Below are positions 20,170-30,641 of a stretch of DNA of 64,000 bases, one piece after another (the stretch's first letter is position 1; the number at the start of each line of letters is the position of its first letter). The position numbers and the translations under genes were made by a program. The notes below the pieces were generated by a model. That model was not told where the DNA came from, did no database searches, and saw nothing but the letters and a program-made list of their open reading frames with translations. Source of the stretch: an uncultured Candidatus Rokubacteria bacterium (GTDB taxonomy: Bacteria; Methylomirabilota; Methylomirabilia; Rokubacteriales; DASRDR01); the NCBI GenBank assembly GCA_963708025.1, contig CAVPSB010000018.1:352001-416000 (forward strand), written 5' to 3'.

Positions 20170-21288
20170 TCCGGATCTCCTCGAAAGAACTCCTGGATCT
20201 GTTCGATCACCGCGCCGGTCTCCGCGTCCCGGAGCTCGGGGAAGCAGGGCAGGGAGAGCACCTCCTGCGATGCGGCCCAGGCGACCGGGAAGCGCGTCGG
20301 ATCCCAGCCGAGCGCCCGGAAGACCGGCTGCCCGGGAATCGGCTGCGGATAGTGGCACGCGGTGCCGATGCCGGCGCCCGGCCAGGTGCTTGGCCAGGGC
20401 GTCCCGGCGGGGCGTACGGATCGTGTACTGGTGGAAGACGTGCCGGGTGCCGGCCGGCTCCGCCGGCAGCCCGAGCGGGAGGCCGCGCAGGGCGGCGGTG
20501 TAGCGAGCCGCGATGCCGCGGCGGGCCTCGGTCCAGGCCCCGGCGTGGCGCAGCTTGACCCGGAGGATGGCGGCCTGCAGCTCGTCGAGCCGGCTGTTCC
20601 AGCCGAGCTCGACGTGATCGTACTTCTGCACCTGGCCGTGATTGCGGTGCCGCCGCATCGCCGCCGCCAGCGCGCCGTCGCCGGTCGTGACGAGACCGGC
20701 ATCGCCGTACGCGCCGAGCGGCTTGGTCGGGTAGAAGCTGAAGGCCGCCGCCGTCCCGAAGCTCCCGACCGCGCGACCCTCGAGGGTGGCGCCGAAGGCC
20801 TGGGCCGCGTCCTCGAGCACCACGAGGCCCCGCGCGTCGGCCAGCCGCTGGAGCGCCGGCATCGGCGCCGGCAGCCCGTAGAGGTGGACCGCCACGATGG
20901 CCCGGGTGCGGGGGGTGATCGCCGGCGCCGCCTGCTCGGGCCCGAGGGTCAGGGTCACCGGATCGACGTCGGCGAAGACCGGCCGGGCGCCGACCTGGAG
21001 GACCGCGGTGGCCGAGGCCACGAACGAGAACGCCGGGGTCACGACCTCGTCGCCCGGACCGATGCCCAGGGCCGAGAGGCCCAGCAGGAGCGCGTCCGAT
21101 CCCGAGCCGACCGCGATCGCGTGGTCGACGCCGAGCGCGGCCGCGCACTCGGCTTCGAACGCCTCGCCCTCGGAAGAGAGAATGAACCGGCCGCTCCGCA
21201 GAACGCGGCGGAGGGCCGCCTCGATCTCCGGCTCGATCGTGGCGTACTGCCGGGCGAGGTCGAACTGGGGAATGGACGTGACCGTCAC
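20157..21288 (-). CDS. DegT/DnrJ/StrS aminotransferase (frameshift near 20380)
   Basis: PQFDLARQY, GSGSDAL, EDAAQAFG, FSFYPTKPLGAYGDAG and NSRLDELQA motifs. Confidence 0.88.
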
Positions 21289-23468
21289 TGCGTCGTCGCC
21301 CCGAACGCCTGGCCGAAGCCGAGCTGTCCGAGCTCTAGCAGGTTGACGGTGACGTGGAACTCGTCCTCGTTGATCCGGTCGATGAAGGCGGCGGTGATCC
21401 CCCAGCACTGCTCGCGGAAGTTCACCTCGAGCCGGTTCTCGACCACCGTCCCGCTCACGTAGTCGTAGTTGCTGGAGAACCGGACCGCCCAGCGGGGCGA
21501 GAGCCGGGCCGCCAGCTCGCCCTGGATGAACTGGAGCTCGCCCCCCACGCCGTGTCGCGTCCCGAGGGTGGCGCGGAACGCCTCCGTCACGTAGGAGGCG
21601 TCGATCGTGGCGGAGCGGACGTCCCGCTCGTACGGATCGAAGACGGCCGTCCCCCGGAACCGGAGGCCATAGACCGGCTCCAGGATCAGGTCGCCGACGA
21701 GGTCCGACAGCCGGTTGACCTTGAACGTCGTGGCGGTGCCGGGTGTGATGGGACCGGGCGGTGCCGGCAGGTTGATCCCCGAGAACGGCGACAGCAGGAA
21801 CTGATCCTCCAGGCTGTAGGTCTGGCTGAACGTGAGCCGGGCCAGCTCCCACACCCGCCCGCTGGGGAAGGCCTCGGAGGCGACGCTCCGGGCCTTGATG
21901 CGGTTGGTGAGGGAGTAGGTGAAGCTGTTCACGGGGCGAATCAGATCGATGCTGTCGTACTGCGGCAGGTCGTCCTGGTCGGTGCCGGTGCTGTAGAGGT
22001 AGCTGATCCGCGGCTCGATGGCGTGCTGGATCTTCTCGATGCCGAGGACGCCGCCCAGCTCGAACGTCCGGTAGGCGCGGGCCTCCAGGTCCACACCGGC
22101 CTCGAACAGGGAGCGGGCCGTGAACTCCTTCTCGGTGTCCTCGACCAGGAAGCCGCGGTCAACCGTGGCCCCGACCACCCGGGTGTCGTAGAGGGTCTCG
22201 CGCACGCCGATCCGGGGGGTCATCGTGAAGTATCCCCCGGGGGAGAACGGATAGGAGACGCTGGGGTGGAGGTCGAAGCGCTGGCCATTCGATCCCACGT
22301 CCCGGACGAAGTTGTTGTACGAGGTCTCCAGGTCGAACAGGATGTCGGTGCCGGCGATCCGCTGGGAGAACCCGGTCAGGCGCAGCTCGGGGAGGCGCTG
22401 CAGCTCGATCGGCTGGGTGGTGGTCAGGTCCTGATAGAAGAAGAGCCGGCCGAACAGGTTCCACTTGTCCCACCGCTGGGTCAGGGAGATGTTCGACTCG
22501 AGCCGCTGGCGACTGCGCTCGTCCAGCGTGTCGCCGAAGTCCTGGAAGAAGGTGATGTCGCTGACCCGGGCCACGTCCACCTTCAGGGTGAGCCCGGGGG
22601 TGATCAGCTCCTCGTGCCGCAGCCCGAACACTCCGCGCAGCTTGTCCTGCTCGGTGTCGTAGATCCCGAAGCCTTCCAGCTCCCCGCGGGAGGTCTCCTT
22701 CCGGATGTAGCGGTACAACGCCCCCATCGCGAGCCCGCGCTTCTCGAAGACCGTGGGGACCAGTGTGAGGTCCTGGCTGTCCGAGAGCACCAAGAAGATC
22801 GGCTGGCGATAGGTGAAGCCCTTGTCGTTGCTGGAGCCGAAGCTCGGGGTCAGGAGCCCCGACTGGCGCTCTCTCCGGAGGGTGGCGGCGAAGATCGGGA
22901 TGAACGGGATCAGCGGCACGCGGCCGACCCAGAAGGAGGCGTTGGTGCCCCAGATCCAGTCGTCGAGGTAGGCCGTGGCTTGACCCCAGCGCACGTGCCA
23001 GGCGGGCGACTCGTCCTCGCAGGTGGTGAACCAGCCCCCGGTGAGGCGGTAGGCTTTCTCGCCGAAGCGCTCCATCTTGTCGCCCCGGAAGAAGAAGTGG
23101 GGCTCGGCGGCGGCCTGCCCCTTGTACACGACTCCGGTGCCGGTGCGGAAGTTGTACTCCAGGCGCTCGCCGACGAGCCGGTCCCGGCCGTCGAAGAAGA
23201 CCACCCGCCCGACCGCCACCGCTTCCCCGGTCTCGGTGTTGACCTCGACGCGGTCGGCCTCCAGGCGCACCTCGCCCTGCTCGATCTCCACGCGGCCCTC
23301 GGCGATGAGGAGGCGCTCCCGCTCGAGGTTCTCGATGCGATCCGCGAACACCGCGACGGGCGCCTCGGGGGTGCCGAAGGTCACATCTTTGCGCTCCTGG
23401 GCCAGGACCACGGCCGGGAAGAGCGCGAGCCACGCGACGATCAGCCCGATCAGGCGCGTCCCGGGCAC
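21285..23468 (-). CDS. lptD: LPS-assembly outer-membrane protein LptD
   Basis: Signal peptide, OstA-like N-terminus, FTTC...PAW, RQSGLLTP, beta-barrel pattern, QCWG near the C-terminus. Confidence 0.88.
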   Translation of the reverse strand: MPGTRLIGLIVAWLALFPAVVLAQERKDVTFGTPEAPVAVFADRIENLERERLLIAEGRVEIEQGEVRLEADRVEVNTETGEAVAVGRVVFFDGRDRLVGERLEYNFRTGTGVVYKGQAAAEPHFFFRGDKMERFGEKAYRLTGGWFTTCEDESPAWHVRWGQATAYLDDWIWGTNASFWVGRVPLIPFIPIFAATLRRERQSGLLTPSFGSSNDKGFTYRQPIFLVLSDSQDLTLVPTVFEKRGLAMGALYRYIRKETSRGELEGFGIYDTEQDKLRGVFGLRHEELITPGLTLKVDVARVSDITFFQDFGDTLDERSRQRLESNISLTQRWDKWNLFGRLFFYQDLTTTQPIELQRLPELRLTGFSQRIAGTDILFDLETSYNNFVRDVGSNGQRFDLHPSVSYPFSPGGYFTMTPRIGVRETLYDTRVVGATVDRGFLVEDTEKEFTARSLFEAGVDLEARAYRTFELGGVLGIEKIQHAIEPRISYLYSTGTDQDDLPQYDSIDLIRPVNSFTYSLTNRIKARSVASEAFPSGRVWELARLTFSQTYSLEDQFLLSPFSGINLPAPPGPITPGTATTFKVNRLSDLVGDLILEPVYGLRFRGTAVFDPYERDVRSATIDASYVTEAFRATLGTRHGVGGELQFIQGELAARLSPRWAVRFSSNYDYVSGTVVENRLEVNFREQCWGITAAFIDRINEDEFHVTVNLLELGQLGFGQAFGATTQ

Positions 23469-23573
23469 CAACCCCCCTGAGTAGTCGTGTCGGTTCGGCA
23501 ATCGTGGAGCCGTAGCGCGCGAAGATCGCGGGCATCGTACCAGATGCCACGGCGAAGGCGCAACGCCTTGCGA

Positions 23574-23722
23574 GGGGGCGGGGCCGATGAGCTTCGCATC
23601 GCGTCGTCGTTCGGACGGCCTTCGGCCTTTGGGGTCGTCGCCGATCCTCGGCGTACTCGGAGTACGCCTGCGGTCGGCGACTCCCTGCGTCCTAGCGCTG
23701 CTCGCTCCTCGGCCCCGCCCCC
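23574..23722 (-). repeat. Palindromic repeat family A, copy 5 (opposite orientation; unit B at 23613-23633)
   Basis: Reverse complement aligns over nearly its full length with copy 4. Confidence 0.9.
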
Positions 23723-23792
23723 CCCGGGGGGAACGTGGCTCGTCGGCCATGCTGTTGGCGCTTCGAGAGCCTGCCCGCCCGCCTGGCTGGCT

Positions 23793-24842
23793 TCAGTCCG
23801 CGTCTTCGGGCTCCGGCTCCGCTTCGAATAGGTCCCCGCTGGCCGCGCTCGGGGCCTGCCGCCGCCGGCCGGATTCCATGGCGGCGGTGGCTGGGACGGT
23901 AGGGAGCGCCGGCGCATCGAGGCCGAGCAGCCGCTTGAGGTCGAGCCCGTTCCGGACGGGGTAGTCGAGGTTGTTGTTGTTGAACGTGACCGCCACCCGG
24001 CTGGCGTGGCCGCCGAAGGCGCGGACGCGCCGGGCGATCGCCTGCATCTCGTCGGGGCCGTAGAGGTAGTCGTACTTCTCGGCCACGCTGGGCTCCTTGC
24101 CGGCCAGCTGATCGAGCCAGCCCTTGACGTTCTGACCGTGGAGACGGATGACGACCCAGCCGGGGGCCGTGGCGGCGGGGATGTAGGGCTGCCAGGGCGC
24201 GTCGAGACAGACGAAGACGAGCCCGTGGTCGGCGAGGAAGCGCAGGACCTCGTCGGCGCGCTCGGGGATCCAGGAGGCGTTCCGGAACTCGACCGCCACC
24301 GTCCAGCCCGGCAGGCGGCGCGGCAAGGAGGCCAGGTACTCGAGCGCCGCGTCCCCGTAGCGGACCCAGGGGGCGAGCTGGAAGAGGACGTAGCCGAGCT
24401 TCCCGGCCGCCGCCAGCGACGCCAGGCCCGCGCGGAACAGCTCGAAGCACCGGTCGAGCGCCTCGGCCGGGAAGCGCTCGCGCTCCACCTCGCCGCGGCG
24501 CGTCAGCGGCAGGGCCTCGGGGAGCATCAGACGGAGGTCGGCCGGCAGGCTGTCGGCGCGCGGATGGTGGCCGGTCATCAGGCTGTAGGCCTTGACGTGG
24601 AAGACGAACCCGGGCGGGGTCCGCGCCACCCAGAGCTCCGAGTTCCGGGGCGAGGGCAGGGCATAGTACGTCGCGTTGACCTCGACCACGTCGAAGAAGC
24701 GCGCGTACCAGCGGAGGCGATCCTCGGCCGACATCCGGCTCCGCGGGAAGAAGCGCCCGGAGGCGATCAGCGACCGGTCGAGCCAGGAGGCGCAGCCGAT
24801 GCGATACTCGGTCGCGCCCGTGGGCGCCGGCGCGAGCACCAC
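23793..24842 (-). CDS. DUF72 (YecE-like) protein
   Basis: IGCASW, VEVNATYY, FHVKA, LFQLAP, VEFRN, RLHG and FNNN motifs; start approximate. Confidence 0.88.
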   Translation of the reverse strand: MVLAPAPTGATEYRIGCASWLDRSLIASGRFFPRSRMSAEDRLRWYARFFDVVEVNATYYALPSPRNSELWVARTPPGFVFHVKAYSLMTGHHPRADSLPADLRLMLPEALPLTRRGEVERERFPAEALDRCFELFRAGLASLAAAGKLGYVLFQLAPWVRYGDAALEYLASLPRRLPGWTVAVEFRNASWIPERADEVLRFLADHGLVFVCLDAPWQPYIPAATAPGWVVIRLHGQNVKGWLDQLAGKEPSVAEKYDYLYGPDEMQAIARRVRAFGGHASRVAVTFNNNNLDYPVRNGLDLKRLLGLDAPALPTVPATAAMESGRRRQAPSAASGDLFEAEPEPEDAD

Positions 24843-24855
24843 CGGGCTGTCGGGG

Positions 24856-26250
24856 TCAGGCGTCCGGAGGATCGAGGGCTCCCCGGGCCTCGAGCCACGC
24901 CAGGGCATCGCCGATGAGGAAGAGCGAGCCGGCGACGCAGACGACGTCGGCGGCCGGCTCCGCGAGCGCAGCGGCCAGCCCCTCGCCGACGCCGGGCGTC
25001 AGCGTGACCCGGGCCTCCAGGGGCGGAAGCGCGGCCGCCAGCTCGGCCGGCGGCGCGGCCCGCGGGTTGGTGGCCGCGGTCAGCACCACGTGCCCGGCCA
25101 GCGGCGCCAGGGCCTTCAGGATGCCGGCCCGGTCCTTGTCGGCCGAGACCCCGAGCACCAGCGTGACGCGGGCCCCCGGGAAGTAGTGGGTGAGCGAGGC
25201 GGCGAGGGCGGCGGCCCCGCCGGGGTTGTGGGCGCCGTCCAGGACGATCGTCGGTCGCGAGCCCCGTCCGGGAATGACCTGGAACCGGCCGGGCCACCGG
25301 ACCGTCGCGCACCCGGCCCGGATGGCGGCGTCGGGCAGCTCGATGCCGGCCCGCTCCGCCAGCGCGCGGACGGCGCCGACGGCGAGGACGGCGTTCCCGG
25401 GCTGGAAGCGCCCGAGCAGCGCCAGCTCGACGTCGCGGAGGGTCCAGCCGGGCCCGCCCCAGGAGGGAGCGGCGTCCCCCAAAGGCCGAAGGCCGTCGGC
25501 AGACCCGGAGGCCGGAGGCGCCGCGACCTGATGAAGATGAATTCGCTGGCCCTGGAGGTCGGAAGCGACCTCCTCGACACGGAGGTCGCGTCGCTCCACC
25601 AGGAGCGGGACGCCGAGCGCGCGGCAGCGGGCCTCGATGACCGCCATCGCCTCGGGCGGCTGGACGGCCGACAGCGCCACACCGCCGGGATTCCGGATGA
25701 TCGCCGCCTTCTCGGCGGCAATCTCCTCGAGCCGATGGCCCAGGTACTCCTGGTGGTCGTAGTCGATGCGCGTGATCACCGAGCAGAGTGCCGCCCCCAC
25801 GTTGGTCGCGTCCCAGCGCCCGCCGAGCCCCACCTCGAGCACGGCCACCTCGACGCCCGCGTCCCGGAAGGCCCCCAGCGCCACCGCCGTCATGGCCTCG
25901 AAGAAGGTGACGGCGCCGGCCTCGAGCGGGCCGGCTAGGCGCTCGACCTGCCGGGCCAGCGCCTCGCGGGTGATCACCGCGCCGTCGATCCGGATCCGCT
26001 CCGCCAGGTCGCGGAGGTGCGGCGAGGTGTAGAGGCCGGTGCGCCGGCCGGCCGCGCGGAGGATCGCTTCGGCCAGCGCCGAGACGGAGCCCTTCCCGTT
26101 GGTGCCGGCGACGTGGAGGATGCGGAGCGCGGCCTCGGGATGGTCGAGCCGGTCGAGGAGCGCCTCGATGCGCTCCAGGCCCGGCCGCATGCCGGATCGC
26201 TCGAACGGCTGGAGGCGGCGCAGGAGCCCGACGGCGGCGTCGGTCGTCAC
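24856..26250 (-). CDS. folC: Dihydrofolate/folylpolyglutamate synthase
   Basis: HVAGTNGKGS, YTSPHL, EVGLGGRWDATN, WPGRF, DGAHN and GSLFLIG motifs. Confidence 0.96.
   Translation of the reverse strand: MTTDAAVGLLRRLQPFERSGMRPGLERIEALLDRLDHPEAALRILHVAGTNGKGSVSALAEAILRAAGRRTGLYTSPHLRDLAERIRIDGAVITREALARQVERLAGPLEAGAVTFFEAMTAVALGAFRDAGVEVAVLEVGLGGRWDATNVGAALCSVITRIDYDHQEYLGHRLEEIAAEKAAIIRNPGGVALSAVQPPEAMAVIEARCRALGVPLLVERRDLRVEEVASDLQGQRIHLHQVAAPPASGSADGLRPLGDAAPSWGGPGWTLRDVELALLGRFQPGNAVLAVGAVRALAERAGIELPDAAIRAGCATVRWPGRFQVIPGRGSRPTIVLDGAHNPGGAAALAASLTHYFPGARVTLVLGVSADKDRAGILKALAPLAGHVVLTAATNPRAAPPAELAAALPPLEARVTLTPGVGEGLAAALAEPAADVVCVAGSLFLIGDALAWLEARGALDPPDA
25460..25530 (+). repeat. Palindromic insert inside folC carrying unit B (25478-25498)
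   Basis: CAGG..GCGGCGTC...GCGCCGC..CCTG hairpin; encodes QVAAPPASGSADGLRPLGDAAPSW in frame. Confidence 0.75.
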
Positions 26251-27101
26251 GGGATGGCGGGGTCGGCGGGCGCCTCCGCGAAGAACCCCAGCAGCCGCCG
26301 CAGCAGCTCACGCTGCTCCTTCCGCTCGATCACGAGGTCCACCATGCCGTGCTCGAGGAGGAACTCGGAGCGCTGGAACCCCTCGGGGAGCGGCTGCCGG
26401 ATCGTCTCCTGGATGACCCGGGGGCCGGCGAACCCGATCAGGGCGCGCGGCTCGGCCAGGATGATGTCCCCCAGCATCGCGAACGAGGCGGTGACCCCGC
26501 CGGTGGTCGGGTCGGTGAGCAGGGCGAAGTAGGGGACGCGCTCCTCCGCGAGCCGGCCGAGCGCCGCGCAGGTCTTGGCCATCTGCATGAGGGACAGCAC
26601 GCCCTCCTGCATGCGGGCGCCACCCGAGCAGGTGACGATCAGCAGCGGCGTCCGCTTGCGCGCGGCCAGCTCGATGGCGCGGGTGATCTTCTCGCCGACC
26701 ACCGAGGCCATGCTGCCCCCCATGAAGGCGAACTCGAAGACGCAGATCACCACCGGGTAGCCGCCGATGCGGCCGAGCCCCGAGAGGACGGCATCCTCGC
26801 TCCCGGTCTTCTCGCGGGAGGCGATCAGGCGGTCGCGATAGCGCCCACGGCTGTCCTTGAACCCGAGGGGATCGGTGGAGCGCAGCCCCGCGTCCCGCTC
26901 CTCGAAGGAGTCGGGGTCCAGGAGGAGGGCCAGGCGGTCCCGGGCGGAGAGGCGGAACGGGACGCCGCAGCGGGGGCAGGTGCGTGCGTTCTTCTCGACG
27001 TCGGGGCGGTAGACGATTTCCCGGCAGGCCTCGCACTTGATCCAGAGGCCCTGGGTGATGACGACTTTCCGGTCCTTCTTACCGCCGAACAGCCAGGCCA
27101 C
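26247..27101 (-). CDS. accD: Acetyl-CoA carboxylase carboxyltransferase beta subunit
   Basis: LWIKCEAC...CPRC zinc finger, FMGGSM, SGGARMQEG and PTTGGVTASFA motifs. Confidence 0.97.
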   Translation of the reverse strand: MAWLFGGKKDRKVVITQGLWIKCEACREIVYRPDVEKNARTCPRCGVPFRLSARDRLALLLDPDSFEERDAGLRSTDPLGFKDSRGRYRDRLIASREKTGSEDAVLSGLGRIGGYPVVICVFEFAFMGGSMASVVGEKITRAIELAARKRTPLLIVTCSGGARMQEGVLSLMQMAKTCAALGRLAEERVPYFALLTDPTTGGVTASFAMLGDIILAEPRALIGFAGPRVIQETIRQPLPEGFQRSEFLLEHGMVDLVIERKEQRELLRRLLGFFAEAPADPAIP

Positions 27102-27110
27102 AGCCTGATT

Positions 27111-27918
27111 TTACTCCTGTGGGGCGGGCGGGCTCCCGGGCCGGGTGGCAGCCTTGAGCTGGGCGATGAAGTCGCCGACCTTCCGGACGAGGGCGGGGTC
27201 GCCGGCGAGCGTCTCGATGAGCCGCACGATGGCGCTGCCGACGATGGCGGCATCGGCGTAGCGCACCACCTCGGTCACGTGAGCCGGCGTCGAGATGCCG
27301 AAGCCGACGCCGATCGGCTTGGTGGTGACCGCCCGCAGGTCGCGGACGAGGGCGACCAGGTCCGGCGGCAGCTCGGCCCGCTCGCCGGTGATGCCGGTCA
27401 GGGCGACCAGGTACACGAACCCGCGGCTCTGCCGGGCGATCCGCCGGAGGCGGTCTCCGCCGCTGGTCGGCGCCGCCAGGTACACGAGGTCGAGGCCGGC
27501 CGCGTGGGCCGCCCGGTCCACGGGCGGGCTCTCCTCCAGCGGGAGATCGGGGACGATGAGGCCGGCGAAGCCGGCCGCGGCCAGATCCCGAACCGCCGCC
27601 TCCAGGCCGTATCGGTAGAGCGGGTTCAGGTACGTCATGAGCACGAGCGGCGCCGCCACGTGCCCCCGGAGCGAGGCGACCATGGACAGGAGCTTGGCCA
27701 GGCTCACGCCCCCGGCCAGGGCGCGGGCCCCGGCCCGCTGGATCGTCGGCCCGTCGGCGAGGGGATCGGAGAAGGGGAGGCCCAGCTCGATCACGTCCGC
27801 ACCCCGGGCCGCCGCCTCCTCGACGAGGAGGCGCGTCACCTCGAGGCTCGGGTCCCCGGCGGCGAAGTACGGGATGAGGGCCCGCCCCCCCTCGGCCCGG
27901 AGCCGGGCGAAGGTGTCC

Positions 27919-27932
<14 letters not shown>
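27111..27932 (-). CDS. trpA: Tryptophan synthase alpha
   Basis: [26 protein letters not shown] and IVGSA motifs. Confidence 0.97.
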
Positions 27933-29105
<1,173 letters not shown>

Positions 29106-29109
<4 letters not shown>

Positions 29110-29729
29110 GCCGCCCTCCGGACTTCGGCCACGAACCGCCACACCCGGTCCGGGTCCTTCTGCCCGGGCCGCGCCTCGACCCCGGAGTTGACGTTGACCC
29201 CGTAGGGGCGCGCGATCCCCACCGCCCGCGCCACGTTGTCGGGCGTCAGGCCGGCGGAGAGGATGATGCGCCCGGAGCCGGAGGCCAGCCGGGCCAGCTG
29301 CCACTCGATGGGCTGGCGCGGCTCGCCCTCGCTCCAGCGCGCGGCGCTGTCCAGGAGAAAGGCGGCGACCGCGTCCCGGTAACCCGGCAGGCGGGCGAGG
29401 TCCTGGGGGCCGCTGACCTTGATCGTCTTGATCACCGGCAGGCCGTACTGCCGCGCGTCCTCCGGGGACTCGTCGCCGTGGAGCTGGAGAGCGCGCAGCC
29501 CGCACGTCTCGGCCATCGCCTTCACGTGGGCGCTCGCGTGGTCCCAGAAGACGCCGACCGGGGTGACGAACGGCGGCAGGATCCGGATGATCGCGGCGGC
29601 GGCGCTGGGCGTGACGTAACGGGGCGTCCCCTCCACGAAGATGAAGCCGAGGGCGTCGGCGCCCGCCTCGACGGCCAGGAGCGCGTCCTCGGGGTTCGTG
29701 ATGCCGCAGATCTTGACCCGGACGCTCAT
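29106..29729 (-). CDS. trpF: Phosphoribosylanthranilate isomerase
   Basis: [14 protein letters not shown] and NSGVE motifs. Confidence 0.95.
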
Positions 29730-30505
29730 GCCAGGAGCTCCCGGATCTTCGCCGCCGGGTCCCCGCTGCGGGACAGCGCCTCGCCGACGAGGATCGCGTG
29801 AGCGCCGGCGGCCGCCACCCGCCGGACGTCGGCGGCCGTCGCGATGCCGCTTTCCGAGACCAGGCGGACGCCGGCCGGCGCCCGGGGCGCCAGCCGCTCC
29901 GTGGTGGCGACGTCGGTCCGGAAGGTCTTGAGGTCGCGGTTGTTGATCCCGACGAGGCGCGCGCCGAGCGCGGCCGCCTGGTCGAGCTCCCCCTCGTCGT
30001 GCACCTCGACCAGCACCGAGAGCCCGAGCCCCCGGGCCACGCGGTACAGCTCGGCCAGCCGGGCCGGCTCCAGGATCGCCACGATCAATAGGATAGCGTC
30101 CGCCGCGTGGGCGCGCGCCTCCCAGAGCTGGTAGGCGTCGATGACGAAGTCCTTCTGGAGGACGGGGCAGGCCACGGCCGATCGGACGACGCCGAGGTCG
30201 GCGAGGCTCCCCTGGAAGTGGGGATCGGTGAGGACCGAGAGCGCGGCGGCGCCGGCCACGGCGTACTCGGGGGCGCGGGCGATCGGGTCGAAGCCCTGGG
30301 CGAGGACACCGGCCACCGGCGAGGCGCGCTTCAGCTCGGCGAGCAGCCGGACGCGCCCCGGCTCGGCCGGCGCCAGCGCGGCCACGAGGTCGCGCGGGGC
30401 GGGGACGCCGGCCGCCCGCGCCTCCAGGTCGCGCAGGGGCACGGCCGTCCGCCGCTCGGTGACGGCGATCCGCTTCCGGGCGACGATGTCGTCGAGAAGG
30501 CCCAT
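29726..30505 (-). CDS. trpC: Indole-3-glycerol phosphate synthase
   Basis: [25 protein letters not shown] and SESGI motifs. Confidence 0.96.
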   Translation of the reverse strand: MGLLDDIVARKRIAVTERRTAVPLRDLEARAAGVPAPRDLVAALAPAEPGRVRLLAELKRASPVAGVLAQGFDPIARAPEYAVAGAAALSVLTDPHFQGSLADLGVVRSAVACPVLQKDFVIDAYQLWEARAHAADAILLIVAILEPARLAELYRVARGLGLSVLVEVHDEGELDQAAALGARLVGINNRDLKTFRTDVATTERLAPRAPAGVRLVSESGIATAADVRRVAAAGAHAILVGEALSRSGDPAAKIRELLA

Positions 30506-30641
30506 GGGACCCTTAGACTAGCACCACGACTCGTCTTCGTCATCCGGCGCGGCGCCTCGCCCCGGATATCGTCGCGGTCGCTCGGCGCCTTGTGTATGAT
30601 GGGCGCGTCCGCAGACGCCACGGCCGACGGAGAGCCGGGCA

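Noticed and set aside
19216-21852. 878-aa DegT-SDR fusion in the ORF track
   Set aside because: Produced by the frameshift near 20380; the DegT C-terminus is in another frame and the SDR has its own ATG at 20169.
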